Made by a program: the position numbers and the translations under genes. Of a DNA stretch of 64,000 bases, positions 47,605 through 57,543 are shown one piece after another (position 1 is the first letter of the stretch; every line of letters starts with the position of its first letter). The stretch comes from an uncultured Spirochaetota bacterium. Its GTDB lineage: Bacteria; Spirochaetota; Spirochaetia; SZUA-6; Fen-1364. The DNA lies in NCBI GenBank assembly GCA_963820525.1, contig CAWGAA010000002.1, positions 224,001 through 288,000 on the forward strand. The letters run 5' to 3'. The notes beneath the pieces were generated by a model that searched no databases, was not told the DNA's origin, and saw only the letters and a list, made by a program, of their open reading frames with translations.

Positions 47605-50175
47605 ATGCGCGGCCGCACGACGGACACGGTGCGCTCGGCGATCGCACTCCGTTACAGGGTAGGGGTGAAGCTCGTCCTGGTGACAACCATGCTCCTGACG
47701 ATTGCCGTCGGCGCGACCGCCGCTTTCGTGAGCCGCCTGGCGGCCATGGAGATCAGGCGCAACGTCGCGCAGCGCAATGTCCAGCTCGCCAAGAGGGCGG
47801 CCGAGGAGATCAACTTCTTCGTCGCGAGCGCCCGGCGAAACCTCATCCAGCTCGCCCGGGTTCTGGAGATCCTCGACAACCGGCCGCGCGTTCGGGACAT
47901 GATCCTCGAAAACTACGTCATCACCACGGGGGACTTCCAGCGGATCATCCTGGTGGACGACTCGGGCCGGATACTCTCGGACAGCATGCAGCAGCCGGTC
48001 TCCATATCGGACTTCGACTCCCAGGCCGTGCGCAATGCCGCCGCCGGGGAGATCTCCACCTCCGTCGCGAGGACCGCTTCCGGGCGCGTACCGAGGATGA
48101 CGCTCGTTTACCCCCTGATGCCTTCCGGCGGGAAAACGGCGTCCCTCGTGGCGGAGCTGCATCTCGGCAAGGTCGAGTCCATCATCAACGACATCACGAT
48201 CGGCTCGAAGAGCATCGCCTCCGTCATAGCGGCTGACGGCCTGCCCATCGCAGCGACCGACTCCGACGGAGCAGCGACGGAGCGTGCGACGGCGGCGGCC
48301 TTTGGGGAGGAGCTGCGGGTGGAGAGCTCCATCAGCTCGACCGGCTGGACCGTGATCATCGATCAGCCCTCTTCGGAGGCGTTTCTCCCCGTTTCCCTGC
48401 TCCTGCGCAGGTCATTCGTGCTCGTGCTCATCATGCTCGTGGTGGTCACGTATCTCGCGTTTTTCTCCGTGCGCATGATCTCGCGGCCCCTGGATGCGCT
48501 CTTGCGCGGCACCATTGTCATAAGAGGAGGCGCGACGGACTACCGCATCTCGGAAGAGTCCCGCGACGAGTTCGGAATCCTTTCGCGCTCGTTCAACTCG
48601 ATGGTGGACAGCATCAGGGAGCGCACGCTCGCGCTGGAGGACTCCGAGCGGAAATACCGCATCGTCACGGAGAGCGTCAATGACATCATTTTCTCACTCG
48701 ACTCCCAGGGGCGGTTTATCTTCCTGAACCGCAGGGTCGAGCAGGTCCTCGGCTACCGCCTCCAGGAGATGATCGGGCGGCTCTTCGTCGATTTCGTCTC
48801 CTCGGAGGAGAAGGCGAACCAGGCCCTCGGATTCCTGGAGGGGCTTGCAGACCGCTCCCGGCGCCTGATGCCCGCGGAGCTGACCCTCATCGCGAAATCC
48901 GGCGAGGAGGTGATCCTCGAATGCGAAGCGGTTCCCATCCACGAACCCACCGGAGAAGTACGGATCCACGGCGTGGCGCGCGACATCACGGAGCGAAAGC
49001 GGCTGGAGGAGAAGCTTCGGCGGACGCAGAAGCTCTCCGCCCTGGGGGAAGTGGTTTCCGGCGTCGCCCATGAGCTTCGAAACGCCGTTTCCGGGATCAC
49101 GGCATCCATGGAGCTGATGAAATCGCGCGAGGGAAACGGAATCGGCAAGGACCTCGACAGGGTGCTCGCAGAGGCGTTGTGCGCCCAGCGCATCGTTCAC
49201 AACTTGCTCGATTTTTCAAAGGACCAGGCGCCGGCGTTCCGGGCCTGCGATCTCAATGCCGTCCTCGATGACGCCCTGGAGCTGTGCAGGGGAGTCGTGG
49301 AGCACGGCGGAATCGAGATCGTGAAGAACCTGGAAGCGAAGCTTCCCAATGTCCTGGCCAACGCGGAACAGCTGCGGCAGGTCTTCCTCAACCTCATCAT
49401 GAACGCCGTCCACGCCATGCAGCGCCGCATTCCCGCCGAGCCGGGGTCGGAGGCGCCTTTCGCGGGGACCGCTGGCCGTCGGGTGCTCACTGTGGCCACC
49501 CGCTCGCAGGACGGTGCCGTCGTTGCCACCGTGTCCGATACGGGCTCCGGGATACCGAAGAGGATCATGGCGCACATCTTCGATCCCTTCTTCACGACCA
49601 AGAGGCAGGGAGAGGGAACCGGGCTCGGTCTGTCGGTCTCCCTGGGAATCGTTCAGGCTCACGGGGGGGAGATCCGCGTACAGAGCGCTGAAGGCAAGGG
49701 GGCCAGCTTCTCCGTGGAGCTTCCCGCCGCCGCAGCCCTGCGAAGCGACAGTACCGGGACGGCGCCGCCCGAGCGCTTCGACCTCACGGGAAGAAGGATC
49801 CTCGTTGTGGAGGACGAGGATTCGATCCGCGAGTTTATCCGCAATTTTCTGGAGAGCTACGGCTGCTCGGTGACCAGCGCCCGAAGCGTCCGGGAGGCCG
49901 TATCGATTCTCTCCAGCCCCGGGGTCACGCAGCTGGTGATCTCGGATTTCAGGATGCCCGAAATCGATGGCCAGGGTCTGTACGAATGGATCCGTTCCAA
50001 CAAGCCCATGCTCCTCTCCCGTCTCATGTACATCACCGGCGACAGCCTCAATCCGATGACGCGCGCTTTTCTGCGGAGAACCGGAGTGCCATACCTGCTG
50101 AAGCCCGTGAGCTCCATGGCCCTCGTGAGGGCCGTCTGGCCGATGCTGACGGGCGAGAAAACGACGTCGGGATAA
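47605..50175 (+). CDS. Membrane hybrid sensor kinase (periplasmic sensor-HAMP-PAS-HisKA-HATPase-REC)
   Basis: Two TMs; DEFGILSRSFNSM (HAMP); ARDITERK (PAS); AHELRN; DTGSGI, FDPFFTTK, GTGLGL; ILVVEDE..ISDFRMP. Confidence 0.92.
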   Translation: MRGRTTDTVRSAIALRYRVGVKLVLVTTMLLTIAVGATAAFVSRLAAMEIRRNVAQRNVQLAKRAAEEINFFVASARRNLIQLARVLEILDNRPRVRDMILENYVITTGDFQRIILVDDSGRILSDSMQQPVSISDFDSQAVRNAAAGEISTSVARTASGRVPRMTLVYPLMPSGGKTASLVAELHLGKVESIINDITIGSKSIASVIAADGLPIAATDSDGAATERATAAAFGEELRVESSISSTGWTVIIDQPSSEAFLPVSLLLRRSFVLVLIMLVVVTYLAFFSVRMISRPLDALLRGTIVIRGGATDYRISEESRDEFGILSRSFNSMVDSIRERTLALEDSERKYRIVTESVNDIIFSLDSQGRFIFLNRRVEQVLGYRLQEMIGRLFVDFVSSEEKANQALGFLEGLADRSRRLMPAELTLIAKSGEEVILECEAVPIHEPTGEVRIHGVARDITERKRLEEKLRRTQKLSALGEVVSGVAHELRNAVSGITASMELMKSREGNGIGKDLDRVLAEALCAQRIVHNLLDFSKDQAPAFRACDLNAVLDDALELCRGVVEHGGIEIVKNLEAKLPNVLANAEQLRQVFLNLIMNAVHAMQRRIPAEPGSEAPFAGTAGRRVLTVATRSQDGAVVATVSDTGSGIPKRIMAHIFDPFFTTKRQGEGTGLGLSVSLGIVQAHGGEIRVQSAEGKGASFSVELPAAAALRSDSTGTAPPERFDLTGRRILVVEDEDSIREFIRNFLESYGCSVTSARSVREAVSILSSPGVTQLVISDFRMPEIDGQGLYEWIRSNKPMLLSRLMYITGDSLNPMTRAFLRRTGVPYLLKPVSSMALVRAVWPMLTGEKTTSG

Positions 50176-50292
50176 CGTCTCTGCTGCCGGCTGCCGGCTT
50201 GAAATAATCCCGAGGGTTGATCTTTTTTCCCCTTCGAGCTACACTGTTTTCCCGGCGGCCCCGCAGCCGATACGTACATCGTCCGATACAGA

Positions 50293-50898
50293 ATGAGAGA
50301 GGCTTTGAAAAGAGTGTCGTCGCGTTCAGCGCACGTGAAAAGAGCCACCAAGGAAACCGATCTTACCCTCACCCTGGACCTGGAGCGAAGTGACCCCGTG
50401 GAGGTGAAGACGGGGCTCGGCTTTTTCGATCACCTCCTTTCCAGCATGGCCTTCCACGGCCGGTTCTCGCTTGCCCTGTCGGGCAAGGGCGATCTGGAAG
50501 TCGATGGACACCATCTCGTGGAAGATACCGGGCTGGTTCTCGGAGAGGCGCTTTCCGAGGTATTCGCGAAGTCGGGCAAGGTCGAGCGCTTCGCGCATGC
50601 CGTGATTCCCATGGATGAAGCCCTCGCCGAGGTCTCCATCGACGTCTGCGGCAGGCCGACTCTCGTCTACAGCGCGCAATTCCCGCAGGACCGGGTCGGG
50701 GACTTCGATACCGCGCTTCTCAAGGAATTCTTCTCGGGACTTGCGGCCCAGGCGCGGATCAGCCTCCATGCGGAGGTGCGCCGCGGGGAGAACAGCCATC
50801 ATGCTGCGGAAGCGCTCTTCAAGGCGCTTGGCAAGGCTATCGAAGCGGCCTACGGACCGAGCGACCGGGAAATGTCATCGAAAGGGAGGATCGGGTAA
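50293..50898 (+). CDS. hisB: Imidazoleglycerol-phosphate dehydratase
   Basis: RATKETD, GFFDHLL, DGHHLVEDTG, PMDEAL, NSHHAAEALFKA. Confidence 0.96.
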   Translation: MREALKRVSSRSAHVKRATKETDLTLTLDLERSDPVEVKTGLGFFDHLLSSMAFHGRFSLALSGKGDLEVDGHHLVEDTGLVLGEALSEVFAKSGKVERFAHAVIPMDEALAEVSIDVCGRPTLVYSAQFPQDRVGDFDTALLKEFFSGLAAQARISLHAEVRRGENSHHAAEALFKALGKAIEAAYGPSDREMSSKGRIG

Positions 50899-50966
50899 GG
50901 TCGGTTCCTGTTTACTTTCATTTTTCGGTACTGTATCTTGAACTTGGTGGGAATCGACACAGCTTA

Positions 50967-51320
50967 ATGAGTGCTCAAGACATCCTGAAAAAGTTGCCCA
51001 GGAGTGGTTTTCTAAAGCTCACCAATGAAAATCACGGACCCCTGACGCAGGAGAAGAGAGCGGCACTCATTCGGAAGGGCAATGAGCTGTTCAATTCGGG
51101 GAATTACGATCTTGCAAGAAGAATTTTCATTACGACGAAGTACACAGATGGGCTTATCAGGCTGGGGGACCATTACTACAAGAAAAGGAAGCATATCCTG
51201 GCCCTTCAGCTATATTGGCTTGCTCCCTGCCCGCGGAAGGTTTCGGTGCTCGTAGAGCGCATGGCGGCCGTAATGAGCAAGTGGCTTATGGAAGAGAGGA
51301 ACGGTAAGGACATACCATGA
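50967..51320 (+). CDS. Hypothetical protein (short, TPR-like)
   Basis: LIRKGNELFNSGNYDLARRIF helical pattern; overlaps the next TPR gene by ATGA. Confidence 0.65.
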   Translation: MSAQDILKKLPRSGFLKLTNENHGPLTQEKRAALIRKGNELFNSGNYDLARRIFITTKYTDGLIRLGDHYYKKRKHILALQLYWLAPCPRKVSVLVERMAAVMSKWLMEERNGKDIP

Positions 51321-52426
51321 GTGGAGAAGATAAAGTCAGCGGGTCGATGAACCAGATCTCCGTATCGGATCTGTCGAAAAGGGGCTACCAGCTTCTCAAG
51401 GAAGACCGGATCGCCGAGGCGGAAGAGTATTTCAGGAAGATTCTCGAGGTCGAGCCGACGAACAACTATGCGCTTGTCGGCCTGGGTGACGCGGCGAGGA
51501 AAAGGAAGTCTTTTCAGGAAGCCATCGGCTACTACGAGGAGTGCCTCGTCCATCACATCGGCAACAAGTACGCGCTGGTGGGGCTTGCGGACAGCTATCG
51601 CTCCCTCAAGCAGTTCCACAAGGCGATCGAGATATGGGAGAAATACCTGGCTCAGGGCGACAGCGACGTGACCGTGCTGACGCGCATCGCCGATGCGTAC
51701 CGCAAGGTGCTGGATTTTGCCCGCTCCAAGGAGATCTACCACAAGATTCTCGAGATCGACCCGGGAAACCCCTATGCGCTGACGGGATTGGGCTACCTGC
51801 ACTTCGATCTCAAGGAGTACAGGGAAGCTCTCACCTATTGGGAGAGGATGCACGACAAGGATCCGAAGAACATCTGGGTCCTCACCTCGATCGGCAACTG
51901 CTACCGCAAGCTGAAGACGTACGAGAAGGGCATTCCCTACTTCAAGAAGGCGCTGGAGATACAGTCCAACAACTTCTACGCGCTCTTCGGACTCGCCGAC
52001 TGCTACCGGGGGATGAACGACCCCCAGGAGTCGCTGTTCTATTGGCAGAAGATCCTCGCCTCGGACCCCGAGAACAAGGTGATCCTGACGCGCATCGGAG
52101 ACTCGTATCGCGCCATGGGCGAGCTGGATACTGCCAAGGAATACTACAGCAAGGCCTTGAACATCGAGTTCGACAGCTACGCCGTGCTCGGGCTTGCCCT
52201 GATCAACAAGGAGAAGGGCAACCACCTGGAGGCCATCGAGAGCCTCTCCGGGCTTTTGGCCAACGATCCGAAGAACCCCCGGCTCTACCTGGAGATCGCC
52301 CAGTCTTACCTCGCGCTCGAGAAGCGGGATAAAGCGCTGGAAGTGCTCACCAGGGCCGTGCGTCTGGGCGTCAAGAGCCTCGGCGTCGTAGAGCTTCTGG
52401 AGAAGCTGCAGAAGCAGCAGGCCTAG
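51317..52426 (+). CDS. Tetratricopeptide repeat protein
   Basis: Multiple ~34-aa repeats (NxYALxGLxDxYR..A..YWxK.L..DP.N). Confidence 0.92.
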   Translation: MSGEDKVSGSMNQISVSDLSKRGYQLLKEDRIAEAEEYFRKILEVEPTNNYALVGLGDAARKRKSFQEAIGYYEECLVHHIGNKYALVGLADSYRSLKQFHKAIEIWEKYLAQGDSDVTVLTRIADAYRKVLDFARSKEIYHKILEIDPGNPYALTGLGYLHFDLKEYREALTYWERMHDKDPKNIWVLTSIGNCYRKLKTYEKGIPYFKKALEIQSNNFYALFGLADCYRGMNDPQESLFYWQKILASDPENKVILTRIGDSYRAMGELDTAKEYYSKALNIEFDSYAVLGLALINKEKGNHLEAIESLSGLLANDPKNPRLYLEIAQSYLALEKRDKALEVLTRAVRLGVKSLGVVELLEKLQKQQA

Positions 52427-52494
52427 CCAGGGAGGGCGGAGGGGCGCGGAGCCAGGGATGGCGGCAGCGCCGCCGTGTGCTCGAAGCGCGCGTG

Positions 52495-54289
52495 CTATGA
52501 GCTTTCCAGAACCGCGCGGATTCGGCGGACTCCGGATGAAGACGACTGCTCTTTCTGGATCTTGAAACGCCCAAGGACGCCGGTCCTCTCGACGTGCGGG
52601 CCTCCGCAGACCTCTTTCGAGAAATCTCCGATGGAGTAGACCTTCACCTTCTCCTCGTACTTCTCGCCGAATAGGGCGATGGCTCCCCCTGACCTGGCTT
52701 CCTCCAGGGTCATGACGTCCATCCGCACGGGAAGGTCCCGAGAGATCTGCTCGTTCACGATCTCCTCCACGCGCTTGATCTCCTCCTCCGTCATCGGCTG
52801 CGGGTGAGAGAAGTCGAAGCGAAGGCGTTCCGTGGTGATGTTGGAGCCTTTCTGGGCCACGTGGGCGCCCAGCACGGTGCGAAGCGCCTGGTGAAGGAGG
52901 TGCGTCGCCGTGTGGAGGCGCGTCGTCATCTCGGAGTTGTCGGCAAGGCCGCCCTTGAAGGTCTTCTCGGCGCCTGCCTTGGAGAGCTCCTGGTGCTTCT
53001 CGAAGGCCTCGTCGAAGCCCTTCCTGTCCACGCCGAGCCCGTGTTCCCGGGCGAGCTCCTCCGTGATCTCCACGGGAAACCCGTAGGTATCGTAGAGCCT
53101 GAATGCAACCCTCCCCGGAATGACCTTGTGGGGATTCTTCAAGAGATTGGGGACGAGCTTCTCGAACTCGTGCTCGCCCTTTTTCAGCGTCTCGGAGAAC
53201 CTCTCCTCTTCGAGGCCCAGCTCGGAGGTGATGAGCTCGCTGCGGACGGCAAGCTCGGGGTAGACGTCCTTGTAGATGGCGATCACATCGCGGGCCAGAG
53301 CTTCCCAGGAAGGCCCCTTCCAGGGAGAGCTTGCGGCCGTGACGGATGCTGCGCCGGATGAGCCTGCGCAGGATGTAGCCCTGGCCCAGGTTCGACGGCT
53401 TCACCCCGCGGTCATCACCGAGGATGAAGGTGGCCGAGCGCACGTGATCCGTGATGATGCGGAAAGACGCGTCGGTCTCCCCGTCTTTTCCATACGACTT
53501 GCCGCAGATGTTCTGGAGGGCAGCGACGACGGGCTTGAAAAGCTCGGTCTCGAACACGGTCGCCTTGCCCTGCATCATGGCAATGGTCCGTTCGACCCCC
53601 ATGCCCGTGTCTACGGTCTTCTGCTCCAGAGGAAGGTACTTGCCTTCCGCGGTCTTGTTGTACTGCATGAAAACGTCATTCCAGACCTCGAAGTATTTCC
53701 CGCAGTTGCAGCCCGGTCTGCAGTCAGGACCGCAGGGCGGTTTGCCCGTATCGATGAACATCTCCGTGTCAGGGCCGCAGGGGCCGGTCTGCCCGGCCGG
53801 TCCCCACCAGTTGTCTTTTCGGGGAAGGAAGTAGATGCGGCTTTCAGGAATGCCGAGGGACTTCCAGATCTCGGCCGCCTCCGCGTCCGCGGGAACTTCC
53901 GAGTCTCCCGCAAAGACGGTGACGCTCAGCACGCCGGGGGAGAATCCGAGCCACGAGGGGGAGGTGAGAAACTCGTAGCTGAAAGCGATGGCTTCCTTCT
54001 TGAAGTAGTCTCCCAGAGACCAGTTGCCCAGCATCTCGAAAAAGGTGAGATGGGCAGTGTCGCCCACCTCCTCGATGTCGTCGGTGCGCATGCACTTCTG
54101 GCAATCCACCAGCCGCTTGCCCGCGGGATGCGGCTCGCCGAGGATATACGGCACCAGGGGATGCATGCCTGCCGTTGTGAAGAGGACGGTCGGGTCGTTT
54201 TCGGGGATCAAGGACTTTCCCGAGATCTCCGCGTGGCCCTTGGCCTTGAAGAATTCGATGTATTTGCGCCGAAGCTCGTTTCCCGTCAT
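52495..54289 (-). CDS. alaS: Alanine-tRNA ligase (short form), with 1-nt frameshift at ~53304-53306
   Basis: DPTVLFTTAGM, HLTFFEMLGNWS, DTGMGVER, GYILRRLIRR; second frame has LYDTYGFP, HTATHLL, EVCGGPHV, GVRRIRA. Confidence 0.95.
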
Positions 54290-54296
54290 GGCAGCT

Positions 54297-54325
54297 AAAG
54301 TACGTGCAGCGCACGAGAGTGTCAA
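54297..54325 (-). promoter_or_regulatory. Putative sigma70 promoter of alaS (leaderless geometry)
   Basis: TTGACA-N17-TACTTT, 7 nt upstream of ATG 54289, no SD. Confidence 0.6.
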
Positions 54326-54466
54326 TCCAAGCCATGGACGGCGGAGCCCCGCGGAGACAGGGAGGTCGGAAGCGGGGGCCAAGCGTGGCTCACGAGAATG
54401 TGGCATCCAGCCTGAGGAAGTCCGCCGCCGTTTGCCTCGCCGGCCTTGAATATGGTACAAACCTGC

Positions 54467-55393
54467 ATGAAGAAGCAGACCCTCCTCATCCTCGCGAGCT
54501 ACCTCACGATCTATATCGTATGGGGCTCCACGTACTTCTTCATCAAACGCTCCGTGGAGACCATTCCGCCTTTCTACGTTCTGGCGGGACGCTGGACCGT
54601 GGGAGGCGCCCTGCTGCTCGGCTTCGGCTTTGTCCGCGGCGGTTTCACCTCCCTGCCGTCCCTGAAGGAAATCCTGTCAGCCCTGCTCCTGGGCTCGCTC
54701 CTCCTTCTGGCCGGAAACGGCTTGATAACGATCTGCGAGCAGAGGATCGACAGCTACATCGCCGCGCTCCTCGCCTCCGGCACCCCCATTCTGGTGGCTC
54801 TCTTCGACCGCGTCCTCGTTCGCCGGCGCCTGACGCTCGTTCGGATTCTCGGCGTCGCCGCCGGCTTTGCCGGAGTGGCGCTTCTTCTCTATGATGGGCG
54901 CTCCCTGGCCTCGAGCCTCAATCCGCCGGTGCTCGTCGGCCTCGCGGGCGTGCTCTCCTGGAGCCTCGCCACCAGCCTGGGCCACCGGTTTCCCACGGCC
55001 TCCGACAACACGATTCACAGCGGGATACAGATGCTTTTCGTCGGCCTCGTTTCCCTGGCGGGGAGTCTCCTCTTCGATGTGCATCCGCGGGAGTTTCTCG
55101 CCCACGTGTCGACGTCATCGCTCATCGGCGTGACATATCTGGCCATCATCGGGTCTCTCGCCTTTACCGCATACACGTATCTCATTTCCCATGAGCCGGC
55201 CGAGCGGGTCGTGAGCTATGCCGTGGTCAACCCTCTTATCGCGCTCTTCCTCGGCCTCGCGCTGGGAAGCGAATCTCCGACTCCGTTTCTCCCCTTCGGC
55301 GTGGCCTGTATCCTTCTGGGCCTTGCCTTCATGCTCTATGGGGAACGTATCCTGGCATGGATACGCAACAGAAGCGGGAAGAAGGGGGCATGA
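54467..55393 (+). CDS. EamA/DMT-family transporter
   Basis: IYIVWGSTY, ETIPPF, YLAIIGSLAF, SYAVVNPLIALFLG; ~10 TMs. Confidence 0.9.
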   Translation: MKKQTLLILASYLTIYIVWGSTYFFIKRSVETIPPFYVLAGRWTVGGALLLGFGFVRGGFTSLPSLKEILSALLLGSLLLLAGNGLITICEQRIDSYIAALLASGTPILVALFDRVLVRRRLTLVRILGVAAGFAGVALLLYDGRSLASSLNPPVLVGLAGVLSWSLATSLGHRFPTASDNTIHSGIQMLFVGLVSLAGSLLFDVHPREFLAHVSTSSLIGVTYLAIIGSLAFTAYTYLISHEPAERVVSYAVVNPLIALFLGLALGSESPTPFLPFGVACILLGLAFMLYGERILAWIRNRSGKKGA

Positions 55394-55502
55394 CGGCTTT
55401 CACGACGGGCGCGCCGAAGCTCGCGTGAGCTTTCGCGATACCGGCCGCAGGCGGCGGCGCGGCTCCTCCGGCTCCTCTTGCCACAGGCATCTTTTTCCGC
55501 TA

Positions 55503-55524
55503 TATTTCGTTAGTTCGCGAAATA
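55503..55524. promoter_or_regulatory. Putative ArsR/SdpR operator
   Basis: TATTTCG-N8-CGAAATA inverted repeat just upstream of the ArsR-family gene. Confidence 0.55.
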
Positions 55525-55540
55525 AAGAAATAGGGGAGCT

Positions 55541-55846
55541 ATGATCGGCGAGGTTTTTCATGCGCTGAGCGATTCGACGCGCCGGGAGATTCTCCGGCTG
55601 CTGCGCTCCGATGACAAGACCGCGGGGGAGATCGCGGCGCGCTTTCGCCTCGCCAAGTCGACCCTCTCGGGGCATTTCAATGTGCTCAAGGCGGCCGGGC
55701 TGGTGCTGACGGAACGGCGAGGAACGACGATCGTCTACAGCCTCAATGTGTCGGCTGCCGAGGAGGTATTGACGGTGGTGATGGAGCTCCTGGGCGCCCG
55801 GGAAAAAGCGAAAGGAGAAAAAGTGAAGAAAGAGGCCGGTATATGA
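55541..55846 (+). CDS. ArsR/SmtB-family repressor (SdpR-like)
   Basis: FHALSDSTRREILRLL, TLSGHFNVLKAAGLV, RRGTTIVYSLN; upstream of SdpI-like gene. Confidence 0.9.
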   Translation: MIGEVFHALSDSTRREILRLLRSDDKTAGEIAARFRLAKSTLSGHFNVLKAAGLVLTERRGTTIVYSLNVSAAEEVLTVVMELLGAREKAKGEKVKKEAGI

Positions 55847-56508
55847 AGGTTTCGTGGAGGAGCGAGATCGCGCTGTTGGCCATCATCCTGGCAATGTTCG
55901 TCCTGGCGATCGCCGGCTGGTCTTCGGCACCCGAGCGCATCCCCATTCACTGGAACATCCAGGGACAGGTGGATCGCTACGCCGGCAAGGCCGTCGGCCT
56001 GCTCATGCCGCCTGCCGTCGCCCTGGCTCTCTATCTGCTTTTTCTCATCGTCCCCAGAATCGATCCATTCAAGGCGAGCTATCCTTCATTCACAGGGGCA
56101 TACAATGCGGTGCGCCTGTCGGTAATCTCCCTACTGGCGGTTCTCTCCGGCGTGACCCACCTCTGGGTCCACGGCCGCCCTATAGCGATGTCGACCGTCT
56201 TCCCCCTGCTCTTCGGAGGGTTGTTCATTATCATGGGAAACTATCTGGGCAAGCTGAGGCCCAACTGGTTCATCGGAATCCGCACGCCGTGGACCCTCAC
56301 CAGCCGGACCGCCTGGGCGAAAACTCATCGGCTGGGGGGCTGGCTTTTCATTGCGACCGGCCTGATCTCGATCCTGGCCGATGTCCTTTTCAACAGATGG
56401 GCCTACTACTTTCTGCTCGCGTCCGTGACAGCGAGCGCGATTGTGAGCTTTCTCTACTCGTATCTTGTCTGGAGGAAAGCGCCTGACAGGAAGGCTCGGG
56501 ATGCCTGA
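55843..56508 (+). CDS. SdpI-family / DUF1648 membrane protein
   Basis: PERIPIHWNIQGQVDRY, GNYLGKLRPNWFIGIRTPWTL, WAKTHRLGG. Confidence 0.9.
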   Translation: MKVSWRSEIALLAIILAMFVLAIAGWSSAPERIPIHWNIQGQVDRYAGKAVGLLMPPAVALALYLLFLIVPRIDPFKASYPSFTGAYNAVRLSVISLLAVLSGVTHLWVHGRPIAMSTVFPLLFGGLFIIMGNYLGKLRPNWFIGIRTPWTLTSRTAWAKTHRLGGWLFIATGLISILADVLFNRWAYYFLLASVTASAIVSFLYSYLVWRKAPDRKARDA

Positions 56509-56803
56509 CCAATTCTACACCGTCCGCGAACGGGACATCCTCCTGCGCGTGAAGGCGAAGCCGGGAGCCCGCGAAGACAGGGTGGTGGGCGTTCGAGCGG
56601 GTGAGCTTCTGGTGAGCGTTCGCGCCGTGGCGGAGAAGGGCAAGGCAAATGAAGCTCTCCTTCGGGTTCTCTCCCGTTTCCTTGGAGTTTCGAAAAACGA
56701 TGTGGTCTTGAAAACGGGGGTGGGCTCATCGCGGAAGCTCTTCACGACGCCCCTTTCAACGCAGGGAGTCTTGAAAGGGTTCGATAGGGAGGCGAGGGGA
56801 TGA
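56501..56803 (+). CDS. DUF167 (YggU-like) protein
   Basis: VKAKPGARED, GKANEALLRVLS, GSSRK. Confidence 0.8.
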   Translation: MPDQFYTVRERDILLRVKAKPGAREDRVVGVRAGELLVSVRAVAEKGKANEALLRVLSRFLGVSKNDVVLKTGVGSSRKLFTTPLSTQGVLKGFDREARG

Positions 56804-57543
56804 TTCGGCTGGAGAAGCTGTCGAAAAGCTACAACAAGGGTCAGCTCAAGGCGGTCAAAGATCTCACCCTGGAGGTGGGGAAAGGGGAGCTTTTCGGATT
56901 CCTGGGGCCAAACGGCGCCGGAAAGACCACGACCATCAAGATGCTGGTGGGGCTTCTCAAGCCGGACGCGGGACGGGCGCTTATCGGCGGGATCGACGTC
57001 CGCCGTGACCCCCTGTCCGCCAAGCGAATCATGGGCTACTGCCCGGATGAGCCGGCCCTGTACGAGAAGATGACGGGTGCCCGCTTCCTCTCTTTCATTG
57101 CCGATGTGTTCGGCATGACCGAGGCCGAGCGGTCTTCCGCAATTGAAAGCCTTTCTGAGACTTTCGAGATGAAGGAGGGGCTGCGGGAAGTGGTGTCCAC
57201 CTACTCCCATGGCATGCGTCAGAAGCTCTCTCTCATTGCCGCCTTGATGCATGGCCCCCAGGTGCTCGTCCTCGACGAGCCGATCGTCGGGCTGGATCCG
57301 CGCGCCGCATTTGCCCTCAAGGAGAGGATGAAGGAGTTCTGCAGGAGCGGGGGGACCGTCTTTTTCTCCACGCATATCATGGAGATCGCGGAAAGGCTCT
57401 GCGATCGGGTGGGCATCATCGCCCGCGGCGAGCTCGTTGCGGCGGCTCCGCTGGAGGAGCTCCGCGAAAGAGCGGGAGAGTCCGCTGCCACCCTCGAGAA
57501 GCTGTTCCTGGAGATGACGGATGAAAGCGTTCACTCTCGCTAG
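56800..57543 (+). CDS. ABC transporter ATP-binding protein
   Basis: GPNGAGKTT, YSHGMRQKL, VLDEPIVGLDP, STH. Confidence 0.93.
   Translation: MIRLEKLSKSYNKGQLKAVKDLTLEVGKGELFGFLGPNGAGKTTTIKMLVGLLKPDAGRALIGGIDVRRDPLSAKRIMGYCPDEPALYEKMTGARFLSFIADVFGMTEAERSSAIESLSETFEMKEGLREVVSTYSHGMRQKLSLIAALMHGPQVLVLDEPIVGLDPRAAFALKERMKEFCRSGGTVFFSTHIMEIAERLCDRVGIIARGELVAAAPLEELRERAGESAATLEKLFLEMTDESVHSR

Noticed and set aside
45679..48162. Long antisense or alternate-frame ORFs (e.g. 827 aa here, 58216-60327, 61780-63714, 42594-44519)
   Set aside because: Shadow ORFs expected in high-GC coding DNA; they overlap well-supported genes and show no motifs.
52495..54289. Short AlaRS lacking the C-Ala domain as a novelty
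   Set aside because: AlaRS of about 600 aa is already known in spirochaetes.
51206..54460. 1084-aa alaS fusion ORF in the track
   Set aside because: Artefact of the frameshift reading through into the antisense strand of the TPR gene.
54290..54466. T-box or other leader upstream of alaS
   Set aside because: The promoter sits 7 nt from the start codon, leaving no room for a leader, and no T-box motif was seen.
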